A DNA stretch of 64,000 nucleotides, taken from assembly GCF_009914755.1 (NCBI RefSeq), contig NC_060927.1. One strand, given 5' to 3'. The notes beneath the pieces were generated by a model, which was given only the letters and a program-made list of their open reading frames with translations, made no database searches and had not been told where the DNA came from. The position numbers and the translations under genes are program-made. Positions 55,700 to 64,000 of the stretch are shown one piece after another. Position 1 is the stretch's first letter; each line of letters starts with the position of its first letter. The DNA is from the human T2T-CHM13v2.0 reference genome, Homo sapiens.

Positions 55700-56963
55700 A
55701 ATCAATAATCTGTAATCTTAGGTTCTTCTACCTGTATTATCCTTCAGCCCACATTTTTCCATTTGACCATCAGAAAGTTTACATATGTATGTACATATGT
55801 ATGTACGTATGTATGTATGTACACATTCCCTTTATTCAATACCTATTTCCTGAGCACTCTCCTTCCCTGAGGACGGGTCTGGCACCAGGTAGAGACCAGG
55901 GAGGTATGAAGATGAGTGAAGCATTCAGTCCAGTGGGGGAGACAGATGTGGAAACAGAATCACAACACGATGTGGCAAATTCTCTGGGAGCACAGAACAC
56001 CATCACTGACTCTTCCTGATACAGTCAGGAAGGGGTGACACTGGAACTGGGTCTTACAGGCAAGTGTCTTCTCCTGGTGGAGGATGAGAAGGGCACCCTG
56101 GCGGAGGGAATAGCATGAGCTCAGGTACAGGGGCACGGAGGAGCTGTGCATGGCAGGTAGGACGAGTTGATGGGGGCTGCAGGGTTGCAGGGTTCAGAAA
56201 GGCACTAAGCTTAAGGGCTGACCCTGGTGCTTGACACATCCTGCCTCATTTGTTCCTGCAGCAAGTCTGCAAGATAGTAGGGAGCAACCTCAGGAGTCCC
56301 ATGTTTCTCCTAACACAGTTGACATTTCTGGATATCTTAAGCGCCTTCCCAACTTTCTCCTTCTCCCACCCTTATTTTCATTTGTCTATTGAAGATGAGT
56401 CCCTCCTTCCTTCGCCTTTTCACTCCTGCTTCTTAAACATATGTAGAGATGAAGGAGGGTTGATACCAGCAAGCTGTGAAACACAGGAGACTTCAGCTGA
56501 AAAAGGAGGTGGAGAAGAGCAGAGCAGAGGAGACCAGCTTGTGGGAATGGCTGCATAAGTTCTGCAGACCAGCATGGTGAGGAGTGGGCTCCGGGCATCA
56601 CCAACCATGACTGCCTCCAACTATATTCAGCAACCATTGTAAGGTCATGAGGATGCCTTTCCCAAAGGGGGAACCTGCTGTAGATCCAACCCAGGTTTGT
56701 GAATGTAACAGACTGGAATTTTTAAAAGCACACAGAGCCCTTTGCTGCACTAACAGCAATGGACATGTCTACCAGGTCCAAAAAAAAAAATGGTCCTACA
56801 CAATCTGCGGTGGTGTATTTTCACACTTTTAATAATACACACCTATGCATTCCGTCTTGGGGTGTGTGTGTCTGCGTGTGTGTGTGTATGTGACTAACTT
56901 AACACACTGAACGCATTACAATGCATTAAAAAGTTCTTCAGCAGACTTCTCTGCTTTAGCCTC

Positions 56964-57620
56964 TGCTATGGTCTAAATGTTTATGTCCCCGCCAAATTCA
57001 CTTGTTGAAATCCTAACCCCCAGGGTGATGATGGTGTTAGAAGGTGGGGACATAGGGAGGCGATCGGGTCATGAGGGCAGAGCCTTCATGAATGGGATTA
57101 TTATCCTTATAAAGGAGGAGAGACTTCCTTGCCCCTTCCACTGTGTAAGGGCACAGTGAGGAAGCACCACCTATGGACCGGAAAGAAGGCCTTCGCTACT
57201 GGTGTCTTGATCTTGGACTTCCCAGCCTCCAGAACTGTAAGCAATAAGTTTCTGTTGTTGTTGTTGTTTTTCTGAGACTGAGTCTCGCTCTATTGCCCAG
57301 GCTGGAGTGCAGTGGTGTGATCTTGGCTCACTACAACCTCTGACTCCTGGGTTCAAGTGATTCTCATGCCTCAGTTTCCCAATTAGCTGGGATTACAGGT
57401 GCGCGCCGCCACGCCAGGCTAATTTTTGTATTTTTAGTAGAGAGGGGGTTTCACCATGTTGGCCAGGCTGGTCTTGAACTCCTGACCTCAAGTAGTCCAC
57501 CCGTCTCGGCCTCCCAAAGTGCTGGAATTACAGGCATGAGCCAGTGCGTCCGGCCAGTTTCTGTTGTTTATAAGCCACCCAGTTCATGGTATTTTCTTAT
57601 AGCAGCTCAAATGGGCTACA
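56964..57620 (+). mobile_element. MaLR (MLT1A-like) LTR interrupted by an Alu (~57258-57555)
   Basis: TGCTATGGTCTAAATGTTTATGTCCCC...GGTATTTTCTTATAGCAGC; Alu TSD AGTTTCTGTTGTT. Confidence 0.75.
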
Positions 57621-59105
57621 ACAGCATCTCTGATTATCCTATAACAATATATCCGTTTCTCTATGGGAATCCATTTCTGTGCGAGAATATGTAAGAACCT
57701 CAGATGTTTCATGCCATTGCTGAACAGAGGAGTCTCCTGGGTTCTGGACACTTGCCTTGGGAAGCACATCACTTGGTTCCTCTCAAACGCATTTGACCAC
57801 TGAATAGCCAGCCACTCACTATGGAAACACAGCCCGAAGCACTCTCAATCTTTTGGACCTCAGCCCTTTTCTGGATCTATGAAAATGTCCATACTGGATG
57901 GTGCTGGCAGGTTGCGAAGTGCCCAAACCTCCCACACTTCACAGGAGGAACCCTCTGCAAATCTTACATGGCAGGTGGGTGACCAGAGGAGCCATTCCAA
58001 TACCAGTCATTGCTGGATGTTTCTGGGGTGCTGTCCCAGGTGCTGTGGAGCATATCTACTCTGTCTAGTCTGTCTTTCCATTCCAGTCCAGTGGATATTG
58101 TGTCTTCTTCTTCAGGTCCTTGTTCACTGTAGCTGCTCAGGAAATAGTTGTGAAATGGATTGTTGTTGTGGTACATTCTTAAAGTCCCTTGAAAGTAAGA
58201 AAATAAACGAATGACTCTTCTGTGGGTAAAACTTTGGTCATCTTTTCACTTGTTTAGATGAGAAAGAATACAGAACAATGAGATTATAGTCTCCTAAAAC
58301 TTTTGGAAAAATTCTTCATGTCCTCTATAGTGTTATAATTTTGCTATTGTCCCCCAAAGGGACTCAGGTAACATGCTTTGGATGGAATGGTGGGATTAAA
58401 GGCACCTTTGATTCTGCACATTTGGTGGTGTTGTGAATACAAACTAAACACTAGCTGTGCAGTATGCAATATTTAAAGGAAGTAGAAATCATCCAAATCA
58501 GCATTTCCAGAGTTTTTCAGAACAAGCAAGAGAATACAAGAGATCAGCAGTTTTCTCCCTCAAGTTGTTCTATAGGAAAAAAAAAATTTATCCAGGCTCA
58601 AAGAAATTCTATAGGAAGGAAATCTGCATACTTTTGCTAACCCCATCATTTCCCAGACTCTTTGAATTCAGTAGGAAGACCGCTTGCTCCACACAGTTAT
58701 TCAAGGTCCCCAAGATTCTTCTATCTGGGTTTTCCATCATGCCCTAGAACAATGTCTTTATCTGCATGGTCAAAACTGACTTACAGTCGTATCTGTGGTC
58801 ACAGATAGGGGAAGGGGACTGAGGATTACATGTGCAATATTTTAAGACTCAACCTGCAAGTGGCACACATCACTTTCTCTCACATTCCATTAGTGAAAAC
58901 TTAGTCATGTGGTCACTCCTCCCTTCAAGGAGGGGTAGGAATTGTGGTCCCTAATGGGGAGGCCATTTCTACATTATTTCTGACAGCTACAAGTCTGTTA
59001 ATGTGTATCATAGTTGTCCCACCAGCCTGCAACAGAGCAGGGGCTAGAAGCCAGGTCTTCCAACTCCTAGTCCAGAGTTCCCATTACCACACTAGTATTT
59101 CTGTA

Positions 59106-59303
59106 CAGTAAGTCCTCACTTAATGTTATCAGCAGGTTCTTGGAAACTGCAATTTTAAGTGAAATCATGTATAATGAAATCAATTTTGAAATTTCTCATC
59201 AATGTTGTAACTAAGTAACGTTATTTGAGGACCTGCTTACATAATTTTGCTTGAAGTCCAAGTTTCCAAGAACCTATTGATGACATTAAGTGAGGACTGA
59301 CTG
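59106..59303. mobile_element. Tigger-family (MER44-like) MITE
   Basis: TIRs CAGTAAGTCCTCACTTAATG ... CATTAAGTGAGGACTGACTG. Confidence 0.75.
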
Positions 59304-59678
59304 ACTGTGTTCAGCCAACATATATGGAGTCCTCCTGTGTGCCAGGCTCTATGTCAATATGAGAGTGGAAAGTCCTACAAAACAGAATCCCCTAATTATA
59401 TATTTACTCTAGTATCAAGCTTTATTAATGGATAAACGTTCAGATAGCTTTGTAAAGCTATCCCAAATTATCTGATAGCTTTGCATGATGTTCCTTTCAT
59501 TTGCCAAGAACATACATATTCTTGGTGAGGGATTAACACATATAATGAACAGAGTAGAGAATCCTGAAAGAGATCCCAATGCATTTGAAAAATGGGTATA
59601 TGAAAAAGTCATTTAAAAAATAGAACCAAAAAGATAAATATACATTAAAAAGGAGGGTGTTGAGTCCACTAACTAAGA

Positions 59679-59693
59679 ATATATATATATATA

Positions 59694-59777
<84 letters not shown>
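59679..59777. repeat. Long interrupted (TA)n microsatellite
   Basis: About 100 bp of TA with a few TG interruptions. Confidence 0.95.
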
Positions 59778-59778
<1 letters not shown>

Positions 59779-60624
59779 CTAGATTTCCCTTTAATTCCCT
59801 CTTGAAGAAGGAATTGCTTATGCAAGACTCCAAAGCTGAGAACCAGATTGTCTTTCAGTTGTCATGCAGCCTGGAAAGCCCCCACCTTATGTACCAATAG
59901 ATTGTGAAGCAATCAAAGACTACTACATACACTTTAAAGCCAACCAGAAAGACTCCTTCCCTTCCAAGTATCTTTTACCCGATTGGAACTAGAATATGTC
60001 ACCATGAAAGAACACTCACCAAAGATTGGCTTAAGTCTTCCTCCTTTTAGTCTGTAAAACTTACTCTTCTAGGCTGGCGCAGTGGCTCACGCCTATAATC
60101 CCAGCACTTTGGGAAGCTAAGGCGGGTGGATCACCTGAGGTCAGGAGTTCGAGACCAGCCTGGCAAACATGGTAAAACCCCGTCTTTACTAAAAATACAA
60201 AAATTAGCTGGGAGTAGTGGCAGGTGCCTGTAGTCCCAGCTGCTCAGGAGGCTGAGGCAGGAGAATCGCTTCAACCTGGGAAGCGGAGCTTGCAGTGAGC
60301 TGAGATCGTGCTACTGCACTCCAGCCTGGGCAAGAGTGAGACTCCATCTCAAAACAAACAAACAAACAATAAGACAAAAAAACTTACTCTCCTTTCAAAC
60401 CCCTTCCAACCTCTACTATAATGAAAATGATGGCAGCTGACTCCCTTATAACAGTAAGTTTTGAATAAACAGCCTTTGATTAATTCTATTTTGTTTGCCA
60501 AAGAAAATAATTAAAGTTTGGTAAAATAAAATAATTAAAAGAAAAAGAAATCATGGACACTCTAGAAGAAAACATTTATTTGAGCTTTACTGCTGAAAAA
60601 GAAAACATATTTTAAAAAGTAACC

Positions 60625-61600
60625 TTGACTGCACAGCAAAAGAAACTATCAACAAAGTAAGCAGACAACCTACAGAATGGAAGAAAATATGCACAAACTA
60701 TGTATCTGACAAAGGTCTAATATTCAGAATCTATAAGGAACTTAAATCAACAAGCAAAAAACAAATAACCCCATTTATGGCCTTTGCTTACTTTTTGGGC
60801 AGTCCTCAAAAGAAGACATCCAAGTGGCAAACAATCATATGAAAAAATGCTTATCATCACTAATCATCAGAGAAAAGCAAGTCAAAACCACAGTGAAGTA
60901 TCATCACACACCAGTCAAAATGGCTATTATTAAAAATAACAGATGTTGGCAGTGCTGCAGAGAAAAGGGATTGCTTATGCACTGTTGGTGAGAATGTAAA
61001 TTCATTTAGCTACTGTGGAAAGCAGGAGATTTCTCAAAGAACTAAAAATATATATATCATTCAAACCAACAATTCCATTACTAGATATATATCCAAAGGA
61101 AAATAAATTGTTCTATCAAAAAGACACATGCACCTGTATGTTCATCGCAGTATTATTCGCAATAGCAAATACATGGAATCAACCAAGGTGTTAATCAACA
61201 GAGGAGTGGATAAAGAAAATGTGGTACATATACACCATGGAATACTATACAGTCAGAAGAAAGAATGAAATCATGGCCTTTGCAGCAACATGGATGCAGC
61301 TAGGGACCATTATCCTAAGTAAACTAATGCAGAAACAGAAAAGCAAATGCCACATGTTCTCACTTATAAGTGGGAGCCAAGTGAGTACACATGGACATGA
61401 AATGGAAACAATAGACACTGGAGACTACAAGAGAAGGGAGGGGGACAGGGATTGAAAAACTACCTATTGGGTACTATGCTCAGTACTTGAGTGATGGGTT
61501 CAATCGTATGCAAATTTCAGCATCATGCAATATACCCTTGTAACAAACCTGCACATGTACCACCCCTGAATCTAAAATAAAAGTTGAAAAAAACAAAAAC
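60625..61600 (+). mobile_element. L1 3' end (ORF2 C-terminal remnant + 3'UTR; older L1P/L1M type)
   Basis: CTGCACAGCAAAAGAAACTATCAAC...MWYIYTMEYY-like ORF 61219...CTAAAATAAAAGTTGAAAAAAA. Confidence 0.88.
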
Positions 61601-61799
61601 AAAAAAACCCCTTGGAATGGGAGGAGTCTTTTCAGACCAAACATGAGACCCAGAAGACAAAAAGTAAACTGTTAATAAGTTAGGCTGCATAGCAAGCCAA
61701 AATTTTTATATGAAACATTTTTTAAAGTGAAAAGATAGATAAATTTTCAAAACATATAACAAAGAATTAATTTCTTTGGTATACAATGAGCTTTTAAAA

Positions 61800-64000
<2,201 letters not shown>

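Noticed and set aside
54893-55708. 271-aa ORF with a 66-aa repeat
   Set aside because: Non-ATG start, no recognisable domain; length is explained by an in-frame tandem repeat, so not called as CDS

Overview
Human (primate) genomic DNA that I recognise as the EIF4A2-RFC4 locus (chr3q27.3 from memory; ADIPOQ should lie just beyond the right edge and is not in the window). EIF4A2 (+, 11 coding exons, 9641-15299, 407 aa DEAD-box helicase) hosts five intronic snoRNAs (SNORD2, SNORA63B, SNORA81/MIR1248, SNORA63, SNORA4) and a 107-nt poison exon. RFC4 (-, 10 coding exons, 30748-15999, 363 aa clamp-loader subunit) converges on it tail-to-tail with almost no spacer. Exon lengths for both genes sum to intact reading frames. 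The rest is Alu-dense, with L1, MaLR/ERVL LTRs, Tigger-type DNA transposons and a full-length SVA nested inside two LTRs. It also holds a 35-nt tailless U2 snRNA retrocopy with target-site duplication, a 3x198-bp tandem repeat, and a CpG island with a degenerate intron-containing copy of the last three exons of MCF2L2. I found no convincing wholly new biological system. The most promising leads are splicing-regulatory: candidate cryptic exons in EIF4A2 introns 4 and 10, and a recursive-splicing-like AG|GT site at an RFC4 exon. Repeat subfamily names and gene identities come from recalled sequences, not from searches.
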